NCBI GenBank assembly: GCA_038087875.1
Contig: CM075990.1
Span: forward strand, 4,342,001 to 4,406,000
Length of the DNA: 64,000 nucleotides
From: Malacoraja senta
Taxonomy: Eukaryota
Direction: 5' to 3'
Under the pieces are notes generated by a model. That model was not told the origin of the DNA. It did not search any database and worked only from the letters and a program-made list of their open reading frames with translations. Position 1 is the first letter of the stretch, and every line of letters starts with the position of its first letter. Shown here piece by piece: positions 12,406 through 24,949 of this stretch. The position numbers and the translations under genes were made by a program.

Positions 12406-12607
12406 AATGGAGCGAAGGAAATAGGCAAAGTTTCGGGCCGAAACCCTTGCCTATTCCAGGAAATAGGCAACGTTTCAGGGCGAAACCCAAGGGTTTCAGC
12501 CCGAAACTTTGCCTATTTCCTTCGCTCCATAGATGCTGCTGCACCCGCTGAGTTTCTCCAGCACTTTTGTCTACCTTCGATTTTCCAGCATCTGCAGTTC
12601 CTTCTTA
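12406..12607. mobile_element. Rearranged Penelope terminal-repeat fragments (two minus, one plus)
   Basis: gaaataggcaa(a/c)gtttc..g(c/g)cgaaaccc at 12418-12448 and 12460-12488, then the inverse from 12489 running to catctgcagttcc. Confidence 0.7.
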
Positions 12608-13729
12608 AAAACAATGAAGTTTGGGTAGCAACCTTGCAAGAAGACAGCACTGCCCGGAAAATATATTTGTAGAAGCTGACACTAATTGATGTTTTGCATA
12701 ATGCTCAATGCCTTATACTGGGAAAGCACCTGCAATTTTCCAGGGTTGAACCTCATTGCAAGTTCCCGTCCCATATTTGGTCTGGCACGACACACAGGGG
12801 CTGCCAACACGGAGTGGGGAAAACTGCATTCACCAGCAGCTCGTAAGGGTTGCAGCTAACACTTTGAGGAACATGGCCACTTAGAGAGAGATTATTGTAC
12901 ATAGGATAAAAAAAGATACTATTGAAATCATGACTGAAGTTCTAAATCTGGAGAAGCTAAAAATGGTACCTTGCAATTATTAATGAGACGTTGTGGGCAA
13001 ATAACCAGAAATGTTCATTAGTAAAACTTAGAGACACTGAAACCACCTTCCCATTCCCATTACCAAACTCTTTTCTGGGCAGATGCTGGTTTACACCGAA
13101 GATAGACACAAAATGCTGGAGTAACTTAGGGGGATAGGGTCTTGACCCGAAATGTCGCCCATTCCTTTTATCCAGAGATGCTGCCTGCCCGCTGAGTTAC
13201 TCCAGCATATTTTGTCTTTTCCTTTTCTCCCCAACATAGTTAATAGAAAATGCGGGAAGTGACAGCAAGGGGACATATTGTTTATCAGACCCGTTGGACT
13301 TAGAAACTGATCTGAAAGAAGGTAAGACTACTCAGCAGATGGCCCAAGTAGTTATGGGCCGAAGTCAAGCCTGTCATTCCACATCTGCAGCCAACACTGT
13401 GATAAAACCATATTGTGGCATGCAAATTACAACTGCTCCCATTGTCACCGCTCTCCCACCAGTGGAAACATCCTTTCCACATCCACTCTATCTATGCCTT
13501 TCATTATTCTGTAAGTTTCAATTAAGTCCCTCCTCAACTTTCAGCGAGTAGATGACGCAAGATCATCTGGTGACACTGTAGAAAGCCTGCAGCCTGCCAG
13601 GTTAATTCCATAAATCTCTTCTACTTAGGGAAATAAACTGCTAGTGCCTTAGGCAGCTGGGTTAGGCAATTGTTGCCTTCAGTGGGGATGTGGATCTAGA
13701 AATTCCTCAATGATTTGAAAAGTGCATTC

Positions 13730-14300
13730 AACTAAACTTATCGCAGCACACCACAGAAACAGGCCCTTTCAGCCAACTTCATCCATGCCGACCACAATAC
13801 CTATCTGTGGCACGACTATTTGCCATTTTAGGCCCATAATCCTCAATGCCTTTTTTAAAATCTCTGTACCTGTCAAAACACCTTTTACATATTGTATTTG
13901 TATTGGCCTGGACCACCTCCTCTGGCAGCTCATTACAGATAACTACCTCCCTCTCTCAGCTTAAACCTGTGCTTCTTGATCTAGCTTCATTTGCCTTGGG
14001 AATGAGAGTTGACTATATATCCAATTTATATCCCACCTCTATAAACACCCTATATGCCAGTGAGAATAAACTCAGCTTACACTATCTATCCTTACAACAT
14101 AAGGATAAGTTAAATAAGGAGAGCCTCTTTCCAGGCAACATCTCTTCTGCACTCTCGCTATTGCTAAGTGCTTGTGATGCTGCTGCAAGCAAGATTTTTC
14201 ATTATACCTGTAGCTCATTGTACTTGTGCAATGTGACAACAAACACAACACCGTCCTTAGGTGCGGCAACCACAACTGCACACAATACTCCAAGGACATT
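13730..14300 (-). mobile_element. Old CR1 fragment
   Basis: cacagaaacaggccctttcagccaac tail; SLEYCVQLWLPHLR. Confidence 0.6.
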
Positions 14301-15261
14301 GATGAAGGTGCAATATCAGTGCTGTAAATGATCTCCAGCAACAGTATTGAATCACACGAACACCCCAGGGTAGGTCTTGCACGCAAGAGTACACAAATAG
14401 GACTTCACTCCATTTACATAGCTAGCACGAGAGATCAGGTGGGCCACAGGTCATTGTGAATGGGGGAGGGAGGAGTGTACCTGAATGGTCAGAGGTAGTG
14501 GTGTTGGAAGAGGGTAGAGTGAGGGGCAACTTGAGGGTTTGGGATATTGGGGGAAAGGACTTCAAGGGGACCAGGATGATGTGGCAAAGTATTGGGGCAG
14601 GCACACATTCGGAAAGTCAAGGGATCACAAATCCGTCTGGTGGATGTGTTCAAAGCCTTGAGTGAACGCCGATAATGGATTGGACACAATCTGGTGGTGG
14701 TGGAAATTAAACAAATCAATTGGTTGGGGAATTGTCAGAGACATTTTCAGGGGCACCAAAGTAACAACAAAGGCCTGAGAGTTGTAGGTAGGTTTGGGAT
14801 ACTTGCAAATATTGGATACAAGGTGGGAATAAGCCAAAAAAAAATTAAAAATCCCAGTGTCTAAACCCTGACCAAAGATCAATGACTTTGGAGTCCTTAG
14901 CCATGGATTTGGTGAAGCTGGTTCCTTTTTGCAGATAAAACCTTCGGTGCTCCAATGAAGGCTGGCTTCTCTGTGAGTGGTGTACATAATATGCAGAAAA
15001 TGGGCGCACTAATGTATTTCGTAAGTGTTATTGAAAAAATGTCACTGTAACCTCCTGGTGTGTGCGTGCATTCCATATGGAGAACCAGGAACCCACTTCA
15101 GTTGTATGATCTGCACTCAAAGAACATGATTCAATTTAGCGATTGGGTTATAGATTAAATTCCTTTGACTACCACACAAAAATGTTGTTGTAAGCTAAAA
15201 TAATATGTTATATGCAAAATTAGGTCACACCAATATTTGCAGGTGGTATATTATATATGCA

Positions 15262-15326
15262 TTGTAAGGTGTCCTTGGGTTTTAGAAAGGCGCCAGTAAA
15301 TAAAATGATTATTATTATTATTATTA
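15262..15326 (+). mobile_element. L2-type LINE/SINE 3' tail with (TTA)n
   Basis: ttgtaaggtgtccttgggttttagaaaggcgccagtaaataaaatg + (TTA)n; near-identical copies at ~39082-39150 and ~40747-40815 inside CR1. Confidence 0.65.
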
Positions 15327-16210
15327 CTGGGAATCCAAATCCTATTTTGGAAACAAAAAAAACTATAGGCAGGTGACTGACTACAGTGGGTGAATTTCCA
15401 TGGAACATAAACTGGCTCAGTCCTGACCCAGCACGTTTAACAGATCAATTCCCAAAAGTCTTTCCCACTTTGGAGTACTGGGGCAGCCAATATAATTGGT
15501 GACCTCGTGTTTCTGGTCAATTGGGCTTTGGTATTTGTTCACCACTCTGGCAAAACTTCTTTCACCTTGTACTTAATGTGCCAATGTAAGCTTACTCATT
15601 AATTTCATTGCCTTGCTAACTGCCACAGTAATCTTCATCTCAACATCGTGCCTTTAAAAAAAAAAACTTATCTTCAAAAGTATTGGCAATACTTCACAGC
15701 TTGTTTGCCTACTAATTTGCAGATGGTCAGTTCTTGGGTTTCATGTAAATATTACACTTTAAAGAAGAAAAAAGTGCATTTTTTAACAATAGTCTCGTTA
15801 ACATGTCGAACAAAATCAGTAATAGAAGTTGATCTCAGATATATACAGATAAAAGTTCCTTTTCTGCTCATGAACTTTGGAGTCCACATCAAATAGACAT
15901 GGAATGAATGGGTAAATCTGATCCTGACCAGGTGGAAAATTTAAAATGGTGCTGTAGGTTTTGGTGAGGCTATTAGTCAGACTGAAAGGTCTACATTTTG
16001 TTGGATATCCACGTGGTTTGGGAACAGACTCGGCCAATCCATCATCCACCCTGCACTGTTACTGCCCCATACCGTAGCAAATTAAAAGTATTAATTGGGG
16101 ATTTTTTTTAGGAATTTGTATTTCTAAAACCCATCTTACCATGAATCTGGTTGTGCAGACATTTCTTTGTTTTCTCAAAGACAGTTCTTTTTCACAAACC
16201 AGCATAAGAA

Positions 16211-16782
16211 ATATTTTGCTTGGGCAGCTTACAACCCAATGGTATGAATATCGATTTCTCTAACTTCAAGTAACCTTGCTTTCCCTCTCTCTCCATCCCT
16301 CCCCCATCCTAGTTCTCCGACTAGTTTCACTGGCCGAAGATAGACACAAAAAGCTGGTTAGGCAGCATCTCTGGAGAAAAGGAATAGGTGACGTTTTGAG
16401 TTGAGAAGATACTGCCTGACCCGCTGAGTTACTCCAGCTTTTTGTGTGTATCTTCAGTTTAAATCAGCATGTGTTCCTTCATAGTTCCTTCCTACAGTTT
16501 CACTGGCCTCCTGATTAATTTTATTGATTATATACCTCATTGTCACCTTCCCCACAGCTAACAATGATCCATTCTACATTTCCTTGAGCATCGTCTGCAT
16601 TGATCTGAAGTTTTCACACTTTATCCGTCCATATCTCCAGTCTCCCTCTCCCCTGACTCTCAGCTTGAAGAAGGGTCGCGACCGGAAACGTTACCCATTC
16701 CTTCTTGCCTGTCTCGCTGAGTTACTCCAGCATTTTATGTCTATTTTCGGTGTAAACCAGCATCTGCAGTTCCTTCCCACAT
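16211..16782 (+). mobile_element. Penelope-like 3' end with nested fold-back copy (16336-16495)
   Basis: 16211-16273 reads IFCLGSLQPNGMNIDFSNFK*; degenerate hammerhead 16665-16695; inner insert bounded by AGTTTCACTGGCC at 16323-16335 and 16496-16508. Confidence 0.8.
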
Positions 16783-17427
16783 AAGAAATAACCAAGCCAG
16801 CTGTACTGACTTTCTGCACACAAAAATATAAACCTAGAATTCCATTGAACAAAGCTCCTTTTGACAGTCTTTTTTTTAAACCAAATTGCAAAGCAATTAT
16901 TTCTGGGTTATTTCATAACTTTCTACAATTTCAGGCAGGCACCTCCGGGAATGTGATACCGTTATTACCTGTTTCTATGTTGGAACATAGGATTGTGTCT
17001 TTCACCTGCAATGTTACTTTTGCAGCATTGTATGGGAACTAAGACCATGTGGTACTGTTGCATCTATTGTTGAGCACTCCTGGGACAATTTAGTTTAGCC
17101 AGCACGTTGTTGAACTGAGGAGGTAATTACTTTGCTGCATCTTTAAAAGTGACAACTCTTGGTGAAAGATTTAAGTGAAAGAAAGCTGACGAAAGATCAG
17201 TGACTTCTTCCCTTGAATATCTGTCACGATGAGGTGTCATCTCAATGAATATTAAATCAGTTAAAAGCTGTTGAAATAGCGCAGGGAAGTGGCACTGAGG
17301 TAGAAGATCAGCCAAGATCTTATTGAATGTCGGTAAAATCACAAGGGGCCAATTGGCCCTTCCTTACTTTTATTTCTTCTGCTAATATGTAAACTGCAAT
17401 AGTATTGAACATAAACTTCCAATTTAA

Positions 17428-17455
17428 CTGAAGAAGGGTCTTGACCCGAAACGTC
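17428..17455 (+). ncRNA. Minimal hammerhead ribozyme core (stem I 5' strand lost)
   Basis: CTGAAGA-A-GGGT-CTTG-ACCC-GAAA-CGTC; element 17428-17518 lies between CAATTTAAC repeats (17420-17428, 17519-17527). Confidence 0.6.
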
Positions 17456-19160
17456 ACCCATTCCTTCTCTCCTGCTGCCTGTCCCACTGAGTTACTCCAG
17501 CATTTTGTGTCTACCTTTCAATTTAACAGATCCCTTAAATGGTAAATATTTTGACAAACAAAAAATTGGGAATTCCATGTGAACAACTATATGGAATTTA
17601 GTTTGATTTTGGATGGCAGAGGTTGAGCAGCCATTTTAAAATAACACAGGCCTCAATTGTACTTTCTTTTATTAGTTTGATGATGCTTTTATAATAGAAT
17701 TAATACAGACAAATGAAACAAAACAGAAGAATGCTGGGAGCAAGGTGTAATGTTAACTTCACTGGAAAAAAAGTAACTTTTTAACAATAAAAAACGAATC
17801 TATCCTTGAAAGTAATGTTGATACACTTGATGAAAGCTACATAGAAACTTACTTATAAACTGTTTGCACTGTGGCCATAGCAAGACCAATTTTAGAGAGA
17901 GTATGTTTCTTAACAGAAATCCATTAAAAACGACATTGTCTTATTTATATCTTTTAACCAGCAAATTATATTGCTACACCTCAAAAATGAACTAGTATTC
18001 TCATCGCAGGACTGTGGAAACCAGATAGAAATCAATCATATTGAGACACTGGCCACATTAGGTTTAGTTTCTCATTAATAACATATACATTTATATCTGC
18101 ACATGCTAATTGTGATATGCAAAAACTGAAAAATAATGTTTTTGCCTGGAACAAATTATTTAATTCATTTTAAATATAATGTAACAATTTGAAATTTATA
18201 TATCCAGAAAAAAGTTAATATTAGAATAAGCTTCTAATAGGACTTGTCTATTCAAATATATTATCTTGTTGTAATTGTGATAAATGCAGATTAACTAACT
18301 TAATATATATTTTATTTCATGTTGTTTCACAATTATTTCCCCGGGGCCATTCTTGAGTTATCATTGGGAAACTGCAAAATCAAGCATATTATCAAAAGAT
18401 CCATTACTTTTAAAATAATGATAGATTTGAGTATCCAATCTACCTTGCTTTACGTGTAAGTTGGATCAGTTGGCGTGTCTGATCTTTTTCTTCTGCAAAC
18501 AGAACGTTTATTATATCATGCATATTTTGCAGCAAAAGGCCTCAACAGGTTTAACTGATAGTTAAAACAGCGAATGAACAAATGTGTGAATGGGATTTGA
18601 ACTGCCTGAAAGTCATTTAATTTTGCTTTTTTGACTAAAAATGTGTTCCAACCTCTGGCTATAGGAATGTTTTTCAGTCTAGATGTTACGGCATGGGGGT
18701 TGGAAAAGGGTGCCATAGATGTTGTTGCTTTCATGCAACTGCAATAATAACTACTTTATGAGCATGTGGCATTAATTAGGTAGAGACTGCCTTCTACTAT
18801 GGGTGATTAATTTGAGTATTATTTTTAGAGTGCTGAATAATGAATTAGTATATTGAGAGTATCACTGAACACCTAGAATTTTAAATTGTGTCATGGATTT
18901 TTAAATGTTTTTTTTTATATATGAAATCATGCTACTTGCATGTGCTGTTGCAAAGACACTTTTTTAAAGTTGGAAATTAGACTGATACTGCAAAACAATT
19001 TGTATGTAATTTAGATTGCCCTCTGTACCTAAGAGTCCCAAACCTTCTGTCCTGTAGAACATCTGGACTGCATTGAATGGCTGGAGGCCAAAGGGTTTGT
19101 TATTATTTCCAATTTTGCATGACATTGAATGCATGAAAGATACGTCTCTGACATTGTATC

Positions 19161-19210
19161 AATAAAAAAAATAAACTTACTTGGAGTCGGTATTCAGTGT
19201 TATGTCGTCA
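19161..19210 (+). promoter_or_regulatory. Candidate distal polyadenylation site
   Basis: AATAAA at 19161-19166 and 19170-19175, several upstream TGTA motifs, downstream GT-rich gtcggtattcagtgttatgtcgtc. Confidence 0.4.
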
Positions 19211-20143
19211 GGGTAATGGAATGAATAACAATAATGATCAGCATTATTACATTATTTAGCATTTCAAAAGAAAATCACTGTTCATGTGCACACATGCTGA
19301 CCTACCAAACACCCAACAGATTCAGAAATCTTTCAAAGAGCCGACAACTAAAAATGACAAACTTAAGATTAACCCAAAACAATTTCTGGTGTCAAAATGT
19401 ACTTATGATTATTTCATAAAACTACAAAATGTTGATGTTTTGGGATTGCACTCTGCAGTTCAAATTATCAAAATCTAAAACTAATGGACTCTGAGAAAAA
19501 CAAATATTTATAACTGGGACATGAACCTTGATTAAGAGTTTAAGAAGGAACGTTGCCTATTTCCTTCTGCTCCATAGATGCTGCCTCACCTGCTGAGTTT
19601 CACCAGCACTTTTGTCTACCATGAACATTGATTGTTTTGTTGATGAAGATCTAGAAGAGGTATTATAAATAAATGAAAGATCAGCATTGATATGCAGGAT
19701 TGAGTTTAGGAACCTCACATACATGAATATGGATATGTTACTTTTGGGGAATTTTCACTGCAACTATTACATTTAAACTTTCTAGTGTGTTCTATAGCAT
19801 TTTCACATGTACATTCTGTGCTTGGTGTCTGCACTCGGATATTCCTGTGGTCTATGTTGTGTGCCATCACTTTCTGGAAATGCGGGTCAATGTAATCTGC
19901 GATCTGCCAGGTGGCCATATTCCCTTGGAGGCCGTGTATTCATATCTATGGAATTTATGATATGCAGGCTTCAGTTCCTATCCCCCCCCCCTAAAATGTT
20001 ACTAATTCATGGAATATGAATGCCAGCATTTAATATTTGTTCCAATTAATCATGCAAATGTGTGGTGAAGATAGTCTTATTAAGTATGGATTTCTAGCAC
20101 TCTGATCCATTAATTAAGAAATGGCAATTTCCAAGTCAGAATG

Positions 20144-20873
20144 ATCACAATCACAATAATACTTTATTAGCCAAGTATGTTTTGCAACATACGAGGAATT
20201 TCATTTGCCAAGTCAGTCATACAATAAAAAGCAACAGAACACACAAAATACATTTTAACATAAACATCCACCACAGTGACTCCTCCACATTTCTCAGTGA
20301 TGGAAGGCGAAAAAAAAGATCAAATCTCTTCCCTTCTTTGCTCTCCCGCGGTCGGGGGCCTCGAACCCTCCGTTGACGGGACGATCTTGACCCGTAGCTG
20401 GCGGCATTTGGGCCCTCCGCATCGGGGCGATCAGCTCCTGCATCGGGGGGTATGTCAGCTCCCCCGCGTCAGGCGATCGAGCCCTGTGTCGGGGTTGGTT
20501 GAGCCTCTGCCTCTTTGGAGCTCCCGCCTCGGCCACTCTCGAGACTGCGAGCTCTTGATGATAAGTCCACAGGCCGCGGTTGGAGCGAACCCAGGCAAGG
20601 GATCGACTCTGATGTTAAGTCCACGCCCCGCAGTGGGGCTCAAGTCAGTCCGTGGAGGCCTCCAGCTCCATTGCGACCGGAGATGCAATCCGGAAAATAA
20701 TTGCATCTCCAGCAAGGTAAGAAACTGAAAAAAGTTTCCCCGACCCCCTCCCCCTCCCTCTACATAAAACAAACCGGAAAACATTTACAGACTTTTAACA
20801 CACACTAAAAATAAAAAAAAGACGAAAAAACAGACAGACTGTTGGCGGGGCTGCCAATCGTTCGCCGCCCCTG
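20144..20873 (-). mobile_element. GC-rich non-autonomous retroelement, family A
   Basis: (GATTGT)n tail and AATAAA at left end, CpG-rich body, G-tract, T-tract; 11 bp hairpin 20679-20710; architecture shared with 27072-27885 and 59481-60467. Confidence 0.65.
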
Positions 20874-23800
20874 ATGATGCATAACAAAAGAAAATTCCAT
20901 GGTATTCTGAAGCATCTGCAACCCTGGCCATTTGATAGTAGGTTTGGATGTGCACTTGAATAAGCCTTGATAAAAATTGTTGGCACTGTATCTTGCACTA
21001 GGTGATGGATTTCATCGACAAAGTCACGTGGGAAACATAAACATCTCGAGCAACGGTTTTGGCTTAGATTTGGCTAGGCAAATCTCTCATTGAACTGAGG
21101 CTCTCTATGCTCCACCACCTCAGCTCTGCGTGCTTTCTTGATTCTGCCATTAATGTACAAAGAAAATCAACTAGTCCATCCATTTCTTGGCACTACTGGA
21201 TGATGAGGTGCGGTTTAGACTTACTGCCTACGGGATTTGGGAACCTTGAAGGGCCGCCAAGTTTATATATAAAGTGTTGCTGAGGCTCACACTGCTCCCA
21301 TCAAATATCTTGTCACATAATGATAAGGCATTGCATGTTTTTCAGCTGCTCAGCAAGAATCAGAGTTCCAGGTTTACTTCCTGATCTGTGTATAATTGGC
21401 AACTGCAGCCTTTGGTGAGGGAGAGGAAAACGAGTCTGATTGTCTGCTCTTTTTCATTATCCAGTGACCATTGAAAGCTGATACTGGATCAGATTTGGCT
21501 CCAATTTAGCATAGGAAAATTCAACGAGGTAGAAACATCTCCTCAGTTACATTTGCAGCTGTGTGTGTCAGACACTTCCAAAATGTAATTCCTTAAAAGA
21601 CAATGGAATGCACATTCAGTACAAGCAACCAAAGACAATTTTCTAGATCATTAACTTGCATATACTTGGACAAGGTACTGATGGAAAGATCTGTTAACTC
21701 ATTGTTTGCAGGTCCATATGTGACCTCAACTTTAAAACATTCAAGGAAAGCGGTAGGAATAAAAAGGCAATGGGTTTCAAAACCAAGATACCAATCTATA
21801 GTTTTGCACTATATACGGTACTGGCATTTATTAAACAGAATTCTGAAATTTTCTGTCGTCATTGTGCAATATGGAAAGACAACAGCAAAACAGAATAAAG
21901 GTGCACTATACTCAAAGCAGGCTTGTCAGGAGCATTTCAATGTACATCACTTGTGAGGTTTCTTCCATGTTCTTCATCCACCCCCACTCTCCCAAAAACA
22001 AAAATGGCACCACAAGTTACTGCAGTGTGAACTGACAGTGGAGTAGCAAGGTTGACCATACTTATGGTGTCTCTGTAAATGGCAGGATGTGAAATCTTCT
22101 CAGCCAGACATATTAGCAGTGAAATAGATAAAGAATGAAATGGGATAAATTAGTCATAATAGATAAAGATAAATAAAAATGGAAAGATTGGATTAAGGGA
22201 CGAAGCAAACAAAAGCCAGATCATTTTCTAAAATTCTTTTAAAAAAATCCTTAGGAACATATGATCTGCAAAAATGAAACTCCTTTACATTGTTCCTGTT
22301 CCAGACTGCAAGATTAAGGAACATTACAGAAGCATAAGTGTCATCTTAAAGGAATCCTATATTGTTAAATACCAACTCTAGCTTTCTGTAGCAGTTTTTA
22401 TTTATGTTAATAACCTCTGTGACAATGACATGAAAGGCAAAGATTGGTTAATGAAGATTTGTTACTATAGTTGAGTGGCATCATTTGGTGATTTGCAACC
22501 CAGACTGTATCTCTCCCTCACCAGAACTTGATAGGTTGTCTCCAGCATCTTTGGTTTTCCCCATTAACTCCAAGATTTTAATAAAGTTCAAGGTTTGCTG
22601 GGAAAATAAAATAGAAAGATGTATTTATACAGCAATATAAATGGTTCTTTTGACCCTTCAGATTTTTTGTCTGCTTCCTAAGGGAGGAAAATCAGAAATC
22701 TAATCTTAATGTAGAAAATACAAATGTGTATTATAAGATTAACAGGTTACAACCAATCCACTTGGTTCTTTGTTCATCTTGGGGAACAGGGCAGGTCAAT
22801 GTAATCACAACAATCCTTTAATTGGATGGAGAATTAACATTATATGGTTTTACTGAATGTTATGGTTCCCATTATTTATATTACATCATTCTAAGAAAAC
22901 TATGCCTATCATCATTTTACTTCAAATTTTGGTGTGCTAAAAGATTGGATTATTTAATGACACCAAAGTGATTCCCCATCAGAAAAACTGGCCAAGTTCA
23001 GTGTGAAGTGATCAGAATGGTCCACTCCCGAAGACAAGAACACAGAACCCCAAAGTAATTTAGCACAGCTAATGATACTTTGCTGCACAGCAGTCAGAAA
23101 TGGACATCAGCCTTTACATCTAGACTCCCAATGACAACCATGGAGGAGAAACAGGCTGCAGGTTAGGAGAGAGCAATCACATGTATGCGAAAGGACATAC
23201 AAGCTCTGCGCAACAAAATATAGCAAGAAGGTTCTGGAAATCCACCAGGACCATCATAAAAAAAAAAACAGGCAGCACATGACATACAGTAGTTGCCACC
23301 TCAAGGAGGGAGAATCCCTGCATAATGGAGCAGTGTTGAAAGAAATTTGGTGTTGTCATGATAAGTCAGGGCGATCTACAGATTACTATTCTTACACCTG
23401 GAGAATGGAGATAGACACAAAAATCTGAAGTAACTCAGCGGGACAGGCAGCATCTCTGGAGAGAAGGAATGGGTGACGTTTCAGGTCGAGACCCTTCTTG
23501 AGATCCTCACCAGATATGTGTTTCATGCAGAGGTCTGGATTCTTTAAGTGAGGTCCCAAATAACAGGAAATGGTGAGATGTAGCCTGTCCATAAAGTCAT
23601 TGAAATAGGGATCCATTCATTCAAGAGTCAAGAGTGTTTTATTGTCATATGTCCTGAAACAGAGCAATAAATGTCTTGCTTGCAACAGTAGCAAAACAGG
23701 TTTGTAAACACAGCACTCAATAGATAACATAATAAAAAAGATTAAAAAACAATGTTTCATTTGCAAAAACAAAACAAAGCTCCTAGTCAAACCCAGGCAG

Positions 23801-24013
23801 TTTGTACTGTGGAGTTTAGTTGGAGTTTGTAGTATTCAGTAGCCTGATGGTTGTTGGGATAACCTGGATGTTATCATCTTCTTCACGTGATATAATAAGT
23901 ACAGAGTGAGGACAAGTTCCACCAGGCAGAGGAGAGTGTTAGTTGAGGACAAACGATTGGGTCTCTGTTCAAGTAAGCTTTGGTTTTCTACAACCCAACG
24001 ATATTAAAATTGA

Positions 24014-24144
24014 CGTTTAAGAAAGAACTGCAGATGCTGGAAAAATCGAAGGTAGACAAAAAAGCTGGAGAAACTCAGCAGGTGAGGCAGCATCTAGGGA
24101 GCGAAGGAATAGGCGACTTTTCGGTCGAGACCCTTCTTCAGACT
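24014..24144 (-). mobile_element. Stand-alone hammerhead-bearing element with 14 bp TSD
   Basis: GATATTAAAATTGA at 24000-24013 and 24145-24158; minus strand AGTCTGAAGAAGGGTCTCGACCGAAAAGTCGCC. Confidence 0.8.
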
Positions 24145-24174
24145 GATATTAAAATTGAGGTGAGGCAAAAATTG

Positions 24175-24208
24175 AGTCTGAAGAAGGGTCTCGACCCGAA
24201 ACATCACC
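24175..24208 (+). ncRNA. Minimal hammerhead ribozyme motif
   Basis: AGT-CTGAAGA-A-GGGT-CTCG-ACCC-GAAA-CATC-ACC; ACGT palindrome changed to ACAT. Confidence 0.6.
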
Positions 24209-24452
24209 TGTTCCTTTTCTCCGGACATGCTGTCTCACCCGCTGAATTACTTCAATATTACAATTGAATTCTCTAATTACAAGTTGTACCCATCCCTTTT
24301 TTCCCCTTGCCTCCCAGCATGCACAGAATTCTCCCACCACCTGTCTCCCTGCACATTTCCTCTCCTCTGTACTCTCAACTAACATCCCCTATCATCTCAT
24401 ATTTCCCCCCTTTCCACTCCCCCTGTCCCCTTCAATCCATATACCTCCCTCC

Positions 24453-24682
24453 AAACAAAAGGTGGTGCGTGTATGGAACAACCTGCCAGGGGAGATAGTT
24501 GAGGCTGGGACTATCCCAACATTTAAGAAACCGTTAGACAGGTACATGGATAGCGCAAGTTTGGAGGGATATGGACCAAACGCAGGCAGGTGGGACGTGT
24601 AGCTGGGACATGTTGGCAGGCTGTGTGGGAAGTTGGGCCAAAGCGCCTGTTTCCACACTGTATCACTATCACTCTAGATTTA
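24453..24682 (+). mobile_element. CR1 3' fragment
   Basis: QKVVRVWNNLPGEIVEAGTIPTFKKPLDRYMD; tail runs to the gap. Confidence 0.8.
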
Positions 24683-24882
24683 NNNNNNNNNNNNNNNNNN
24701 NNNNNNNNNNNNNNNNNNNNNNNNNNNNNNNNNNNNNNNNNNNNNNNNNNNNNNNNNNNNNNNNNNNNNNNNNNNNNNNNNNNNNNNNNNNNNNNNNNNN
24801 NNNNNNNNNNNNNNNNNNNNNNNNNNNNNNNNNNNNNNNNNNNNNNNNNNNNNNNNNNNNNNNNNNNNNNNNNNNNNNNNNN
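24683..24882. other. Assembly gap (200 N)
   Basis: Exactly 200 N; a fixed-size spacer, true length unknown. Confidence 0.99.
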
Positions 24883-24949
24883 GCTGCGTTTGTGCTTGCG
24901 CGATCCGGCGCGCATGAAGTCGCATTTTGCCTGTGTCTTAAAATGAGTT

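Noticed and set aside
12406..12520. CRISPR-like repeats containing GTTTC/GAAAC
   Set aside because: Vertebrate context, mixed orientation, no regular spacers, no cas genes; these are hammerhead/Penelope fragments.
14400..14990. Possible very old Penelope RT remnant (minus)
   Set aside because: Only faint resemblance; no intact motif to support a call.
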